NCBI RefSeq assembly: GCF_964355755.1
Contig: NC_092679.1
Span: 23,171,432-23,235,431 of the forward strand
From: Antedon mediterranea
Lineage: Eukaryota; Animalia; Echinodermata
Direction of reading: 5' to 3'
Length of the DNA stretch: 64,000 nt
Shown here: one piece after another, positions 61,860 through 64,000 of the stretch
Numbering within the stretch: the stretch's first letter is position 1
Layout: each line of letters begins with the position of its first letter
Position numbers and translations under genes: made by a program
Notes under the pieces: model-generated
Database searches by the model: none
Told to the model about the DNA's origin: nothing
The model's input: only the letters and a program-made list of their open reading frames with translations

Positions 61860-62600
61860 ATGGCCTAGGCTAGTAGTATTACTAGGAAGTAAGGGATGCG
61901 GCCTCTCTTTTATACGCTAGGCTACTAACTAGGCCTACTATTACTACTACAGTAGTAGTACTAGAGTAACTAGCCTAGCCGAGAAGGGCGCCGAGCGAGT
62001 GCCGCCGCTGTCTGAATGGGCAGCCTATTTAGGATATAGCCAGCAGCAGGCCTAGCCTACTACTAGTAGGCCTAGGCCTAGTAGTTATACGTTAGGTAGG
62101 TTTCCTACTAAATAAAATTCGTTTATATTCTTAAATTGCACAGATAATGCTAGTCCTAGAATATAATACAAACGTTTGTCTGATAACACAGTAAAACCAA
62201 CCCTTTTTAAGCCATAACAACACACAACAAACCACCTGTTTTCAATTTTGTGTTTTAAAAGAAAACGCCCTCACTTAAAACTAATTACAAAAAACTTAGT
62301 AGCCAATCAAATTGTCGTATTTATTTTTGTATAGCACACCAAAAAACTGACTTTTGTTTAATTCATTTAAAAAACATATTAAAACATTGGTATTGCACAA
62401 AGTTATAGTTGCTGTGTTCACGCAAAATACTTATAATACTAATTCATTACACTTTTCATCCAATTCCGCCAACCAAAATCTCACAGCAACGCGCTGCATC
62501 CACAGATCCTCCTCGCATCTAGGCCTATATTTCATTTCTTCTTTCGTTATTCTTACCTGTGTTCGATTTCCTTTCTATATTATTTAATAAAAAAATGTAA
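61860..62600 (-). promoter_or_regulatory. Probable WDR27 promoter / non-coding first exon region
   Basis: Upstream of the ATG exon, which has its own acceptor. Contains a TAGGCCTA/TAGTAG-rich tract (61860-62110), a CpG patch near 61985-62010, AGCCAATCA at 62301, and candidate donors CAG|gtggtt (62235) and CAG|gtaaga (62556). Confidence 0.45.
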
Positions 62601-62707
62601 TTGCTATGTACTTTGTTGACTCCAAACTAACTCTTATGGAATAACGTTCACTTCGATTTTCTCACTAATCCCACCCTCAACAAATTCTAATCAATGTTTA
62701 GAAGTAA

Positions 62708-63201
62708 CTTACATAGGCCTACCATACAGGTCGTCATTGTGAGGTATTCTACTCACCTCCCTCATCGGAGCCAATTTTCTTTTGCATACTTAAATATATT
62801 TATTCTATTCTTAATTTCATAATTACCCTTCTAGAAATACAAGGGTTGAGAAAAATTGAGTTAGAACTAAATAGTTGTTCCTCTGCACGGAAATCTTTAG
62901 TAAAAGGCGAAAGATTTATGCGTGATGCAGAGAAACTAGAGTAACAACAATTACGTCACTTACAGTATATGTATGTCATTCCATATCGCAATAGATGGGT
63001 GTTGGTTATTCGTTTAATATAAATAATAAATATAACAAACTGAAACTGTAAAAGATTTTAAAAGCGTTATAAGATAAACTAACTGTAGCATTACAAAAAT
63101 GGTTAAACTTACTATTCATTTATACAAATGAAAATTGACTCCGATGAGGGAGGTGAGTAGAATACCTTACAATGACGACCTGTATGGTAGGCCTATGTAA
63201 G
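62708..63201. repeat. About 72-bp inverted repeat arms (62708-62780 and 63130-63201) around a spacer of about 350 bp
   Basis: cttacataggcctaccatacaggtcgtcattgt..gtattctactcacctccctcatcggag and its reverse complement. Confidence 0.9.
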
Positions 63202-63800
63202 AAGAATAATTTTGGTTAAATATTTAAAGTTGAAAACTGTTGAAACAATGCTGCTTATTTGCATACTAAAATTAATTTTTCCAGGTGACAATTTTGTTGC
63301 CATTTCGTAAAATTTAAGACAGAATTTTTTTTAAATTGACAAAAGAATTAAGACTGAATATTTCATAGCCCACATGTATTTTTCTCTCTCTTATTTTTTA
63401 GTATCGATCGCACAGTTTTCTTGAAGTTCTCAAAACTATTTTACGTGTTCGCGTTGCGTGCTTAGATCAAGGGCGTCGCGTAATTACCGCGTGTTGCGTA
63501 AATTCGTTGCTCGTACCAACGAGTTGCCACAGTACCATGCCAACAATAACATTCTATTTTACATTGTGTATTTTGCTTTTGCTGCTAGACAAGTACCTTT
63601 TACAAAATCTCAGGTACTATTTTATAATTATACGAAATTATTTGCAATTATGGGATTGTCTTAAACGAAAAGTAAGGTGCAACCTGACTTTAACGATAAT
63701 CAATCCCACTTATCATCAAAGAAATTACAAGTAAGTAGAAAGGTAAACAGAATTCTTATGATTTTTTGGCGGAGACAAAACAAAGTTGACGTCATGTCAT

Positions 63801-63946
63801 TTATTCTACTCTTACTTTCATAAATTACCCTTGTAGAAATACAAGGGTTGAGAAAAATTGAGTTAAAACTCAATAGTTGTTCCTCTACACGGAAATCTTT
63901 AGTAAAAGGCGAAAGATTTATACGTGATGCAGAGAAACTAGAGTAA
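63801..63946 (+). repeat. About 145-bp direct repeat of 62800-62944, exon-like
   Basis: ttattcta..aattaccctt.tagaaatacaagggttgagaaaaattgag...cagagaaactagagtaa occurs twice. Confidence 0.9.
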
Positions 63947-64000
63947 AGATCGAGAAACATGTGACAATGGGAATATGTATAATTAAAATTACCTATCGAA

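Overview
AT-rich animal genomic DNA (spliceosomal introns, SINEs, MITEs). A marine deuterostome, probably an echinoderm, is my inference from the Deu-domain SINEs, TAGGCCTA-rich promoter DNA and TRIM-NHL type. The window holds one complete minus-strand gene, WDR27. I traced 22 coding exons by hand from ATG 61457 to TGA 55-57; intron phases are consistent and give about 877 aa, with one junction (exon 8/9) ambiguous. Exons 1-16 lie within about 6.7 kb, while the last six are spread over about 54 kb. Intron 17 (30036-41180) has U12 (minor-spliceosome) signals. Intron 16 contains an antisense, intronless RING-Bbox-Bbox-coiled-coil-filamin-NHL TRIM gene with a 1-nt frameshift and a 322-bp SINE insertion. 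Intron 20 contains a small C4HC3 RING-variant ORF in an AT-rich island. Two tandem repeats multiply splice-site sequences: the real exon 6 acceptor x3, and a GTAAGT-containing unit x10 just downstream of exon 16. The rest is SINEs, MITEs (one nested in another), minisatellites and eroded TE fragments. There are no prokaryotic-type systems, rRNA, true tRNA or CRISPR arrays. I cannot demonstrate a wholly new biological system; the leads below are hypotheses. No database searches were run, and homology calls come from recalled motifs.
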